Counted from the stretch's first letter, positions 18,039 through 27,306 are shown. The stretch: 42,387 bases of DNA from Polyangiales bacterium (GCA_035686645.1 DASRZF010000378.1:1-42387), one strand, 5' to 3'. Notes: generated from the sequence alone by a model not told the origin. Program-made: numbers and translations.

Positions 18039-18108
18039 GATTGCTCAGAGAGCGATATCCTCAAGCCGTTCGTTGACCTAAATCGCAAATCGGGACAGAC
18101 TTGGCGCC

Positions 18109-18639
18109 GTGAAGTCGGTTTTTATGGTCGCGCTCATGGTCGCGCTCATGCTCGTCGGTTGCGGCGACGAGGCTCCGCCGTGGAGTCCGGGCGGCATCAC
18201 TAACATTCCGGGTACGATCACGGGCGGGGGCGGGACCAGCGGAACCGGAGGCATGGGCGGCGTGGGCGGCTCAGGCGGCGGCGCGAGCGGCGCCTGCGAC
18301 AACCCGTCGGATCTCGACGCGATCGAAGGAGCAGCGCCAAGCATCCGTGACATCGCGCGCAACTGCGGCCTGACAAGCTGCGCGCTCTTCGTGTTGAACG
18401 GGCCCGCGTACCAGATCTGCGTCGACGCGTGCGTCGAATCCAGCGTTGAGGGTCTCTCCACCCCATGCGCGCGTTGCTACGGGGCCTTGGAACGCTGCGG
18501 GAGAGATGCAATCTGCTTCGAATCGTGCTCGCTCAACACCTGCAGCTCGTTTTGCACCAACTGCCTGGCAGCCGCCGGCTGCATCACGGAATTCGAGGAG
18601 TGTCGAGGTCTTCCCGGAGACGACTGCCCTCCCCCGTAG
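18109..18639 (+). CDS. Cys-rich lipoprotein of unknown function
   Basis: GTG start. Signal peptide with lipobox LMLVGC, a Gly-rich linker GGGGTSGTGGMGGVGGSGGGASG, then a ~115-aa domain with 16 Cys. Confidence 0.65.
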   Translation: MKSVFMVALMVALMLVGCGDEAPPWSPGGITNIPGTITGGGGTSGTGGMGGVGGSGGGASGACDNPSDLDAIEGAAPSIRDIARNCGLTSCALFVLNGPAYQICVDACVESSVEGLSTPCARCYGALERCGRDAICFESCSLNTCSSFCTNCLAAAGCITEFEECRGLPGDDCPPP

Positions 18640-18688
18640 CCACGGCGGATCTGCCTGCAACTGACCCAGGTGCTGGCACCGACCTGGT

Positions 18689-19720
18689 CTAGGGCTGCGC
18701 AATCGCTTCCTGCACCCGTTCCCATGGATCCGAGGTGCCGATGACATCGACGATCATCACTGCTTCCGCCGCGGAGATGTTGTCGCTCTTCGGCGAGCTG
18801 ATGTCGAGCCAGCCCGCGATTCGGCGAGCGATGGCGAGGCGCGTCGCGAGCTCGGTGCGTGCACGAGCGAAAGTGCCAAAGCGCGTCCAGCGCATCGACC
18901 AGACTTCGTCGGCAAGCCAGTCTCCGAATACCTGATTGGGTGGAACGGGATCTACGACGCGCTCGGCCGCGCGTTCGAACGAGTCGGCCCACGGGCGCCC
19001 GCTCTCAGTCCGCTCTCGACGCTCAACCAGAAAGCCAATGGCGTCTCCGAACCAGCGCGAAGCAAAGGCAGCACGCGAGGGCCCTCCGAAATCGAGCAGA
19101 TCGTCGGCTACTTCGGCCCAGGTCATCGAGTCGAGCTCCGGGAACGGTTGCGCGCTAAGCACGGTGCTGAGGCCCTTCCCTGCCAGGAGCGCATCGATCA
19201 TTCTCGCCTCGCGCTCGGCGTACTCGGCGAACGAAATCAGCTCGCTCGGGGACCAAGCCACTTCATCGAGCACCGCATGCTCAGGCTTCAGCTCGCCATT
19301 CGAATCCAAAAGGCAAGGCCGCGCCAGCTCCACACTAACCGGGGGAAGAGAACCGAGGGTGCGGCAGGTGCAGCGGTGTTGAGTCGAGATTCGACCACCT
19401 TGGGGTGTGGCAGTGAGGGCGTACGGAAACTGAATGCAAGGCGTTGGCTTCATCTGGGGACCGAGCTGTGAGTGAATTGCACATCCTTGATCGCTCCAAA
19501 ACACACATCGGCCGGTATCGCTCCGCATCATGAGGACCGCCGCATCCTCGCCCTCGTGCCGGTCGAAGGCATCTTCGGATATCGAAGCGAGCATTTCGCA
19601 GTCTTCATCGCTCAGCGCACCCACCGCGTGGATGTCGCTGCAGCAGAGTCCATCGCCCACACAATCGAATCGTGCGCCTCGGCGAACCAGAAGCGGCTCC
19701 CGCCTGGCGAGTCGGGTCAC
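18689..19720 (-). CDS. YkgJ-like Cys-cluster protein (putative Zn/Fe-chelating domain) with a ~200-aa C-terminal domain; paralog of 29267-30304
   Basis: 343 aa. C-x5-CC (FDCVGDGLCC), GRCVF....GCAIH, KPTPCIQFPY and HRCTC. Its GTG start overlaps the channel gene stop (GTGA). It is clearly similar along its whole length to the 345-aa ORF at 29267-30304. Confidence 0.75.
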   Translation of the reverse strand: MTRLARREPLLVRRGARFDCVGDGLCCSDIHAVGALSDEDCEMLASISEDAFDRHEGEDAAVLMMRSDTGRCVFWSDQGCAIHSQLGPQMKPTPCIQFPYALTATPQGGRISTQHRCTCRTLGSLPPVSVELARPCLLDSNGELKPEHAVLDEVAWSPSELISFAEYAEREARMIDALLAGKGLSTVLSAQPFPELDSMTWAEVADDLLDFGGPSRAAFASRWFGDAIGFLVERRERTESGRPWADSFERAAERVVDPVPPNQVFGDWLADEVWSMRWTRFGTFARARTELATRLAIARRIAGWLDISSPKSDNISAAEAVMIVDVIGTSDPWERVQEAIAQP

Positions 19721-21216
19721 GCGCTCTCCAATCGCGGCGCAGGGCCGAGGTAGAGGATCTCCATTCCAGGGGTGACGATCACGTCACTTCCCGGGTTGAC
19801 CTGCTCTTTGCCTGTCTTCGGGTCGCGAATCCCGATCACCATACAACCCGTGGTTGCACGAATCTGTCCACTCAGCCGGTCGAATCTAACGGGCATCTCC
19901 GTTCCTTTCGGGACGCGGCCCACGTAGAGATTCTGGTTCCCCGCGAACACCATCCGGCTCGTCGCGTCAGCGACGCCCGGGTAGACGACCGTGTGTGCAA
20001 GTAGGGAGTACCCCACGCGGCGAGTTTCGACGACCTCATCGCTGCCCGCAGTCCGAGCGTGCTGAACATTCTCGGAATCGAGAACCTCCGCAATGATGCG
20101 CACGGGTATTTTCCGGGATTGGGCAGCCGGACTTTGGGTGAGGGCAGAACGAATCGTGAACACCGTGAGGATGGTTGCCGCGTCTGCTTCCTGAGGCTTG
20201 ATTCTTCTGGAGCCGGTGACGATGACCGTCGACGCATGCGTGATGCGCACCTTGTCGAGCTCACTTTCCTTCGTCGGATCGCCCTGCACCCAGAGGAACT
20301 CCGGACTGAGCTCTCTCGGTCGTTCGTAGGGCCCGAACAAGACGACCCGTTGCTCTTCCGTGTCGATCTCCGAGCTCAGCACGTCGAGCAGCATTCCACT
20401 GCCCATCTCGTAGCCACAAACCACGATGTGATTGACGTAACCGCTCATTCGAAACTGCTCCTCCCGGATGCTCAAGACCGCGTGTAACAGGCTGTGACCG
20501 ATGATGCCCGCGAAAAGGGCCAAGGTGAACAAGCCGCCGACCATCATCACGCCGCCGATGACTCTTCCCAGGGTCGAGACCGGAGTGATGTCACCGAAGC
20601 CAACGGTGGTGATCGTGACCAGAGCCCACCATAAACCATCGCCGACACTAGTAATCTCGGGGTTGACGTTACGTTCGACGAGAAAGAGGCTGATGCCTCC
20701 GAGGATCGTCTCGACGCCGAGGACGGCGAACGCGAAAGCAAACAGCAATCGGTTTTCCTCGAACGCATGCATGAGGCCACGAAATGGATTCGCATACCGA
20801 AACAACCTCTGCGTTCTGAGCAGACGAAGAAGGCGCAAAGCGCGCAAGCCACGGAGCGCGGGTACCAGCGCCAAGACCGTGAGGATGTCGATGAGCATCA
20901 TCGGAGTCAGCGCAAATCGGATCCGAGAGAAGATCTCCGTGCGCAACCTCCCGAGTGGTGGCTTGTTGAAAACCGCGAGCTCGGGCGGCCGATACGTCAG
21001 GATGCGCGTGCTCACCTCAATCGCGAAGAGCCACAGCAGGAGCCGATCGATTTGTTGGAGGACTCGGTCGCCGGCCGATCCTTCCGCGAAGAAAGGCTCC
21101 GCGATCAACACCGTGATCGACAAGAGGATCAGGATCCAAACGAACGATTCGACGACGCGGTACGCTTGTGTGCGCGGATCGTGAAATGCACCGTGCAAGT
21201 AGTCGCGCGCGAGCAT
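19717..21216 (-). CDS. Voltage-sensor-type K+ channel with C-terminal RCK/TrkA domains
   Basis: 499 aa. S4-like LRGLRALRLLRLLRTQRLFR (Arg at every third position), selectivity filter TTVGFGD, and a cytoplasmic RCK-like region (HIVVCGY...VIVTG...IIAEV). Confidence 0.88.
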   Translation of the reverse strand: MLARDYLHGAFHDPRTQAYRVVESFVWILILLSITVLIAEPFFAEGSAGDRVLQQIDRLLLWLFAIEVSTRILTYRPPELAVFNKPPLGRLRTEIFSRIRFALTPMMLIDILTVLALVPALRGLRALRLLRLLRTQRLFRYANPFRGLMHAFEENRLLFAFAFAVLGVETILGGISLFLVERNVNPEITSVGDGLWWALVTITTVGFGDITPVSTLGRVIGGVMMVGGLFTLALFAGIIGHSLLHAVLSIREEQFRMSGYVNHIVVCGYEMGSGMLLDVLSSEIDTEEQRVVLFGPYERPRELSPEFLWVQGDPTKESELDKVRITHASTVIVTGSRRIKPQEADAATILTVFTIRSALTQSPAAQSRKIPVRIIAEVLDSENVQHARTAGSDEVVETRRVGYSLLAHTVVYPGVADATSRMVFAGNQNLYVGRVPKGTEMPVRFDRLSGQIRATTGCMVIGIRDPKTGKEQVNPGSDVIVTPGMEILYLGPAPRLESA

Positions 21217-21276
21217 GCGCCGCGAGCATCAATCGACGAGGATTGGGTGTCAACCGCCCTCCTCTGGCAGCTTGGG

Positions 21277-23508
21277 CTATTCGGCAGCGACAGGCGTCTG
21301 TTCGACCTCGTCGAGCTCGATCGCATCCGCAAGGATTTCGGCGATGTCACGTTGGCCGATCTCTTCGTCCTTGTCCTGCTTCTTGAGGCCGTCGGTCAAC
21401 ATGGTCATGCAGAACGGACATCCACTGGCGATCGTCGTCGCACCCGTATCGAGTAGCTGAAGCGTTCTCTTGTTGTTGACTCGCTCCTCGCCCTGCTCCT
21501 CCATGAACATCTGCGCGCCGCCAGCACCGCAGCAAAGACCCTTCTTCTTGTTCCAGTACGGAACCTCGGTCAGCTCGAGCCCCTCGATCGCCTCCAGGAT
21601 CTGGCGGGGCGAGTCATAGACCTGGTTGTAGCGGCCGAGGTAGCAGCTGTCGTGGTAGACGACCTTCCCCTTCACCGCTTTGGAAGGAACGAGCTTGCCC
21701 GCTACCAGCAGGCCGTTGAGGAAGTCGCTGTGGTGAACCACGTCGTACGTCCCGCCAAAGTCGCCATACTCGTTTCCGAGAATGTTGAAGCAGTGCGGAC
21801 AGGCCGTGATGATGGTCTTCTTGGAGGCCTCGTAACCGTTGAGTGTTTCGATGTTCTGCTCCGCCAGCATCTGGAAAAGGTACTCGTTGCCTGCACGGCG
21901 CGCCGGGTCGCCGGTGCAGGTCTCTTCGGTTCCTAGAATAGCGAAGTCGACGCGAGCCTTCTTCAAGAGCTTAGACACCGCGCGTGCGACCTTCTTGGCT
22001 CGATCGTCGTAGCTGGCAGCGCATCCGACCCAGTACAGAACTTCGGCGTCAGGCTTGTCGCTCAAGAGGGGGATGCCGAGCCCATGCGCCCAGTCACCTC
22101 GGTCCATCGAAGAGATGTTCCAGGGGTTGCCGTTGGTTTCGATGCCGTTGAACGCACCCTGGAGCTCGCCGGGGAACTCGTTCTTGATCATGACTTCCTC
22201 GCGACGCATGCCGATGATCTTGTCGACGTATGAAATCATGACGGGACACTGCTCTTCACAGGCGCGGCACGAGGTGCAGCCCCAAATCACGTCCGGATGC
22301 AGAATGTTCGGTACCAGATCCACGACCGTTTCACCGACGAAGTAGCCTCCCTCGGGGGCAGCGGGGAACGTGTGAATCGGCTGTTCTCCGTCGCTCGGTT
22401 TTGGCGGCTCCACCGGCTTGTCGCTCGGCTCCGCGACTAGAGCGGCCTTTCCGAACATATCCTTCTCGGTCGCGTACAGATGATCTCGAATCGCCAAGGT
22501 GAGGTGCTTAGGCGAGAGTTTCTTCCCGGTGATGTAAGCCGGGCAGTTGTCGCTGCAACGCCCGCACTCGGTGCAGGTGTACAGGTCCATGATGTGCTTG
22601 TACGTGAGGTCGGTGAGTCGGTTGATTCCGAGGGACTCCTCCCGCTCGACCTTGCCCTCGAGGTCCTCCACCTTGGGAAGCGCGTTTGGGCGACGCTCGT
22701 AAGCGAAGACGTTCGGAATGACGGTCAGGACGTGGAAGTGCTTCGAGTACGGCAAGATGTTCAAGAAGATCAACACGAAAGCCGAGTGCCACCAGAAACC
22801 CGCATGCTGAAACGCGGTGACGATTCTCGTGCTGTCCACGCCGGATAGAAGCTGCGCAAAGATTCCCCCGAACGGTTCCCACCAGCCGGCATGAATGCCT
22901 TGGCCAGGCTCGCCGTAGGCGCGCGCATCCAATACCAGCGAAGACCCTACGTAGAGAAAGTCGGCAGCCATCATCGTGATGATGATGAAGAGAATGAGAA
23001 TCGGCTCCGTGAAGATGTAGCGGTTTGCGTGGTGGCCGAGTGTCATGCGGGGCTTATCTTTGACCGCCTTCGGGTCGCCGCTGTCCTCTCCACGCTTCAC
23101 CCATCGGAGGTACAGGAACACGACGGAGCCTGCGATTGCGCCGAAGGCGGCGAGCTCTTTCACGAAAGAGTACAACTTGCCGACCAAGTGATCGGTGCTG
23201 AGCAGGCCCCAGAAATCGAACCCGGGGTCGAAGCCGCGTCCCCAGAGCATGAGGCTGTTGAGGAGCAGCACCTGGAACGCAACGAAGATGCCGACGTGCG
23301 CGAATCCAGCCAACGTATAGTTGGGCATCTTCTTCTGCCCGAAGGCATAGACGAGGAGGGTCTTCGCTCTGTCGGCGATCTGTTCACCCGTCCAGGCAAA
23401 CCGTGGGTCGGGCACCCCGATTTTGACCTGGCGAATCCGCCGAAACGCGGACCAAGAAAAGAACCCGAGCGTGCTCACCAACAGCAGCGTCATCCAAATC
23501 GGACCCAT
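21277..23508 (-). CDS. Membrane-anchored (Fe-S)-binding oxidoreductase, a DsrM/NarI-like membrane domain fused to a DsrK/HdrD-like domain
   Basis: 743 aa. The N-terminal region has about 6 TM segments and LPYSKHFHV. Two ferredoxin motifs, CTECGRCSDNCP and CTSCRACEEQCP. C-terminal Cys-rich CCG-type repeats (WVGCAASYD, TCTGDP, CPHCFN, YHDSCYLGR, LCCGAGG, GCPFC). Confidence 0.88.
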   Translation of the reverse strand: MGPIWMTLLLVSTLGFFSWSAFRRIRQVKIGVPDPRFAWTGEQIADRAKTLLVYAFGQKKMPNYTLAGFAHVGIFVAFQVLLLNSLMLWGRGFDPGFDFWGLLSTDHLVGKLYSFVKELAAFGAIAGSVVFLYLRWVKRGEDSGDPKAVKDKPRMTLGHHANRYIFTEPILILFIIITMMAADFLYVGSSLVLDARAYGEPGQGIHAGWWEPFGGIFAQLLSGVDSTRIVTAFQHAGFWWHSAFVLIFLNILPYSKHFHVLTVIPNVFAYERRPNALPKVEDLEGKVEREESLGINRLTDLTYKHIMDLYTCTECGRCSDNCPAYITGKKLSPKHLTLAIRDHLYATEKDMFGKAALVAEPSDKPVEPPKPSDGEQPIHTFPAAPEGGYFVGETVVDLVPNILHPDVIWGCTSCRACEEQCPVMISYVDKIIGMRREEVMIKNEFPGELQGAFNGIETNGNPWNISSMDRGDWAHGLGIPLLSDKPDAEVLYWVGCAASYDDRAKKVARAVSKLLKKARVDFAILGTEETCTGDPARRAGNEYLFQMLAEQNIETLNGYEASKKTIITACPHCFNILGNEYGDFGGTYDVVHHSDFLNGLLVAGKLVPSKAVKGKVVYHDSCYLGRYNQVYDSPRQILEAIEGLELTEVPYWNKKKGLCCGAGGAQMFMEEQGEERVNNKRTLQLLDTGATTIASGCPFCMTMLTDGLKKQDKDEEIGQRDIAEILADAIELDEVEQTPVAAE

Positions 23509-23576
23509 CGTTTTCTCCCTGACTTAGAGCGCGGAATCAGTACGAATCTGGGCTCGCGCTGCGCGAAGGTTTAGGG

Positions 23577-25199
23577 GTGCGGCGCATCGAAGTCAAACGC
23601 CGCGTCCTGGTCGCCCAAGACTGGGAGGGCCCGTTCCACTATGATCCTCGGGTGCGCCGTTTGGGGTCGATATTTCTGCTGGGAGTCGCTGCATGTGCAT
23701 CGCCGGCGATGCGAACGGTGCCGCGAGTCGTCGACGGAGAAGTGGAGAACGGGCCCTTCGTGTCTCCGTACGCGTACGAGTGGTTCATCGAAGGTGAAGC
23801 GCTCGCGGCGAAGGGACAGCACGCCCAAGCGGCGATTGCGTTTGAGAACGCGGCGGCGGCACCCGATGACGACGTTCTGCTCATGACCCGTTTGGCCGAG
23901 GAGTACGAGCTCAGCGGAGCTTACCGAAGGGCTGACCGAACGCTCAGCTTGGCGCGCCGCAACGATCCGAGCTCGGCGCGGGTCGCCCTCGCGGAGGGGC
24001 GAATCCTGCAAAGCAGAGGCGCGGAAGCAGAGGCCTTGTCCTCGTTCGCCCGCGCCATGGACCTGGCCCCAGCCTGGGAAGAGCCAGTGATCGAGATGGC
24101 CGTGAGCCTAAACGCCTTAGGCCATCCGCAGCGGGCAAATGCCGTCCTGCTCGACTACGTCGAGAACAGCATTGCCTCAAGGTCCGCGAGCGCCCGCAAG
24201 TTCTTGCTCGAGCTCGCGCGAGAAGCGAAAGATGGGCGGTTGTACGAACGAGCCCTCTTGCTCGATTCGAGCTCGACCGCCGAGTCCCGAGCGGAGGCAG
24301 CCGGCGCCTTGTCGCTCGAGGCCGGGCGCCCGGCCATGGCCGCCCGAATCCTGGGCCGAGCTCTCGATTCGACGAAAAACACCAATCTCTGGATACGCGC
24401 ACTCTCGCAGAGCGGCGATCGAGCTCGAGCGCTGGACTTCCTCGCCGAGTCCCAAAGCGATCAGGTAGAAGGCGACGTCTGGCGGGCCGAATGGCTAGTA
24501 CGGCTAGGCGATGCCCAACGCGCGTTGGACTCGCTGCAAGCCATGTCCGGATCTCCGAGAGTCGAGCTGAGCCGAGGCGAGGCGCTGGCCGCTCGGGGAG
24601 AGTACGCCAGCGCCGCTGCAGTCCTGTCCCGAATTCCGTTTGGTGCGTCGACGTTCGAAGCATCGCGCCTCGCGCTTGTCGAGTGCTCGACGTCGCTAGG
24701 CAGGGCCGGAGCCGCCACTGAAGCCCTGAGTCAGGCGCCCCACGGATCGCTATCTGTGAGGGCGAAGGTCGCGGAGTTCTATCTCGAAGAAGGCGATCTC
24801 CCTGCGGCGCTGCGATTGTTCGATCCGAAGAATCCGAAAGAGCGCGCGCTGATCGCAAGGCTGTTCGAGGAAGCCGGGGAGTTCCGTGAAGCCGCCGCGT
24901 ACTACGCCAGTCTGAAACCGAGTTTCACCGACGGGTCTCCGCTTGCCGCCCGAGCTTCGGCGGAGCGCCTAGCTGCTCACGGTCATCTCGGAAGAGCCGT
25001 CTCAGTTCTGGAAGGCTGGAGGACCGCTGCGCCAGACGACCTGTATGCTCGCGTCCGGCTGGTGGAGCTGCTTCTCGCACAGAGTCGAAGGAACGATGCA
25101 ATGCGCGAAGGGCGCGACGCGCTCGGCCTGATCGAAGACCAGATGCTCTCGGCGCACCTGAGCGACCTGCTCACTGCGCAGTCAAACCTGTCGCGCTGA
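23577..25199 (+). CDS. TPR-repeat protein (probably secreted or a lipoprotein)
   Basis: 540 aa, GTG start. LGSIFLLGVAACASP is lipobox-like. The remainder is Ala/Leu-rich helical repeats typical of TPR proteins. Confidence 0.7.
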   Translation: MRRIEVKRRVLVAQDWEGPFHYDPRVRRLGSIFLLGVAACASPAMRTVPRVVDGEVENGPFVSPYAYEWFIEGEALAAKGQHAQAAIAFENAAAAPDDDVLLMTRLAEEYELSGAYRRADRTLSLARRNDPSSARVALAEGRILQSRGAEAEALSSFARAMDLAPAWEEPVIEMAVSLNALGHPQRANAVLLDYVENSIASRSASARKFLLELAREAKDGRLYERALLLDSSSTAESRAEAAGALSLEAGRPAMAARILGRALDSTKNTNLWIRALSQSGDRARALDFLAESQSDQVEGDVWRAEWLVRLGDAQRALDSLQAMSGSPRVELSRGEALAARGEYASAAAVLSRIPFGASTFEASRLALVECSTSLGRAGAATEALSQAPHGSLSVRAKVAEFYLEEGDLPAALRLFDPKNPKERALIARLFEEAGEFREAAAYYASLKPSFTDGSPLAARASAERLAAHGHLGRAVSVLEGWRTAAPDDLYARVRLVELLLAQSRRNDAMREGRDALGLIEDQMLSAHLSDLLTAQSNLSR

Positions 25200-25206
25200 A
25201 CAGGTC

Positions 25207-25815
25207 TCAGTACTCGCCAAACAGGTCTTGAATGCGCACGTCGAGCGCCGTCGCGACTTTGTAGAGCGAGCTGATCGATGCGCTGGATTCGGCGCGCTCG
25301 ATTTGTGAAAGAAGCGAGACGCTCAATCCGGTGCGGCGCGCCATCTGCTTCAAGGTCAGCGCGCGGTCCTTTCGCAGTCCCCGAATCGTCTCTCCGATGA
25401 CGCGATGGAGGTTTTCTTCGGGGGTGCGCAGCAGCCCCTTTTTCCGCATCACGCGATCGAGAACTTCGCGGAACTCATCCGGGTTGAAAGGTTTCTTCAG
25501 ATAGTCGACCGCATCGAGCTTCATCGACTGGACCGCCGTGTCGAGCGATGGGTACCCGGTGAAGATCACCACCGCGACGTCGCTGTCGACCCTTCGGATT
25601 TGCTCGAGCAACTCGACGCCGCCCAGGCCGGGCATCATCAAGTCGAGCACCACCAGATGGTAGCCGCCTTCCTTGACTTCATTGGGCGCGTCCTTGGGGT
25701 TGGCGAGCGTGGTCACCTCGAAGCCGTCCTTGGTGAGGAACGTCTCCATGAACTCCAAAATCGCTTGGTCGTCATCGACGACTAGAACTCTTACTGGTGG
25801 GAGCGCCTTTGACAT
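25207..25815 (-). CDS. Response regulator with a receiver domain and a C-terminal XRE-type helix-turn-helix
   Basis: Start at MSKALPPVRVLVVDDD (ATG 25815, GGAGG 4 nt upstream). Receiver signatures VLDLMMPG and DYLKKPF. C-terminal LTLKQMARRTGLSVSLLSQIERAES is an HTH_3/XRE pattern. The track ORF extension to 25914 runs through the tRNA and was trimmed. Confidence 0.85.
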   Translation of the reverse strand: MSKALPPVRVLVVDDDQAILEFMETFLTKDGFEVTTLANPKDAPNEVKEGGYHLVVLDLMMPGLGGVELLEQIRRVDSDVAVVIFTGYPSLDTAVQSMKLDAVDYLKKPFNPDEFREVLDRVMRKKGLLRTPEENLHRVIGETIRGLRKDRALTLKQMARRTGLSVSLLSQIERAESSASISSLYKVATALDVRIQDLFGEY

Positions 25816-25825
25816 CTTGCCTCCG

Positions 25826-25843
25826 CTGCAATTGTGATTGCAG
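25826..25843 (-). promoter_or_regulatory. 7-bp stem / 4-nt loop hairpin between tRNA-Pro and the response-regulator RBS
   Basis: ctgcaat-tgtg-attgcag is a perfect inverted repeat. On the minus-strand RNA it is immediately followed by CGGAGGCAAG-AUG. Confidence 0.3.
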
Positions 25844-25856
25844 TGTTCAATTCTAG

Positions 25857-25930
<74 letters not shown>

Positions 25931-25947
25931 TATTTCAAGCTCGGCGG

Positions 25948-25976
25948 AATCTAGCGTTACCGTCGAGAGCTGTCAA
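25948..25976 (-). promoter_or_regulatory. Candidate sigma70-like promoter for tRNA-Pro (TTGACA-N17-TAGATT)
   Basis: On the minus strand, TTGACA (25976-25971), a 17-nt spacer, then TAGATT (25953-25948). The -10 element ends about 17 nt upstream of the mature tRNA 5' end. Confidence 0.45.
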
Positions 25977-25980
25977 CGAA

Positions 25981-27306
25981 CTATCCTACATTTACCCACA
26001 TATAGACTTGGTATGCGTCAGCCCAGGGTCCGGCACCCTCTACCCAGGGTCCGATCGCGAGCTGCCCGAGAGATCCAAAGTACAATGATTTCAAACCGGA
26101 AGCACGTCCAACTTGGAGCTCGAAGCCCCGCAAGAGCACCCTTTCCAGAAGCGCCGAACCTTCCTCCTTGAGCGGTGAGCAGACCGCGTAGAGGAGGGTT
26201 CCTCCGGGCCGCACCAGCGCGGCCGCGTTCTCGAGCACGAGGCGCTGTGTCTCACCCATGCGGGCCGCATCGTCGGTTCCAGCCCGCAGTAAAATTTCAG
26301 GTCTACGGCGCAAAGTACCGAGCCCGGTGCACGGAGCATCGACGAGCACTCGATCGAACCCGCCCTGCACGCCTCCCGCTCCTACCGTCCAGTCGACGCA
26401 AGCGGTTTCGAGCCGCGCGGTGTTCAAGCGGAGCCGCTGAAGCTCAGCTGGAATCTGCTCGAGGCGATGTTCATGAAAATCGGTGGCAATGACGCGGCCG
26501 GACTCACCGACGGCTTCGAGGAGCTGCGCCGTCTTGCCGCCGCGACCTGCGCAGGCATCGAGCACGCGCTCTCCCGGTTTTGCCTCGAGCAGCAAGCCAA
26601 TGAGCTGCGCTCCCTCCTCTTGCACGGCGAACGCCCCCTCCGAGTAACCAGGAAGCGCGCGCGGGTCACCTACCCCACTGATGCGAAGGCCCAGCGGAGA
26701 AATCGACGTCCGCGACACCGCTGCGTCCGGGTGAGCGGCGAGAATCGCCTCCGCGATCAGATCACGATCCTGGTCGAGGCGAACGCGCAAATCGATCGAC
26801 GGAGGCTCATCCCCTATGCGAAGGAGATCGGCGCCGTGCTCGGTTCCAATCGACGCCGTGAGCGCGTCGCGCAACCAGTCGGGAACGACAACCGCTGGCG
26901 GCGGCGCCGGTACGGCGGGGCGATCGGCCGCCACCTTGCGCAGCACGGCGTTCACGAAGCCTGCAAGCCCTTTTCCGCGTTTCGCACGTACCAGCTCGAC
27001 CGTATCGTTCACGACCGCGTGCGAAGGGATGCGCCCCAGATGGTGAAGCTGATACACCGCGCTCAACAACGCGATATGGGTCCACTGGTCGAGTTTGCCG
27101 AGGCGTCGAGCATGCCGCGCGAGCGAGGCGTCGAGCGCGGGTATCGTCCTCAAAGTTCCGTAAACGATTTGTGTCGCAAGAGCGGCATCCGATCGGCCGA
27201 CCGACTCGCGACGAAGCTCCGCATCCAGCGTCGGCGCGGCCCAAGCATCGTCGTGCACCACCCGGTAGAGCACACGGGTCGCGATTCGTCGGGCGGCAGC
27301 TACCAC
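25981..27306 (-). CDS. rsmB: 16S rRNA (cytosine967-C5)-methyltransferase RsmB/Sun family
   Basis: 441 aa. N-terminal NusB-like region (AARRIATRVLYRV...). SAM methyltransferase core VLDACAGRGGKT, DRVLVDAPCTGLGTLRRRPE and LLYAVCS. Confidence 0.88.
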   Translation of the reverse strand: MVAAARRIATRVLYRVVHDDAWAAPTLDAELRRESVGRSDAALATQIVYGTLRTIPALDASLARHARRLGKLDQWTHIALLSAVYQLHHLGRIPSHAVVNDTVELVRAKRGKGLAGFVNAVLRKVAADRPAVPAPPPAVVVPDWLRDALTASIGTEHGADLLRIGDEPPSIDLRVRLDQDRDLIAEAILAAHPDAAVSRTSISPLGLRISGVGDPRALPGYSEGAFAVQEEGAQLIGLLLEAKPGERVLDACAGRGGKTAQLLEAVGESGRVIATDFHEHRLEQIPAELQRLRLNTARLETACVDWTVGAGGVQGGFDRVLVDAPCTGLGTLRRRPEILLRAGTDDAARMGETQRLVLENAAALVRPGGTLLYAVCSPLKEEGSALLERVLLRGFELQVGRASGLKSLYFGSLGQLAIGPWVEGAGPWADAYQVYMWVNVG

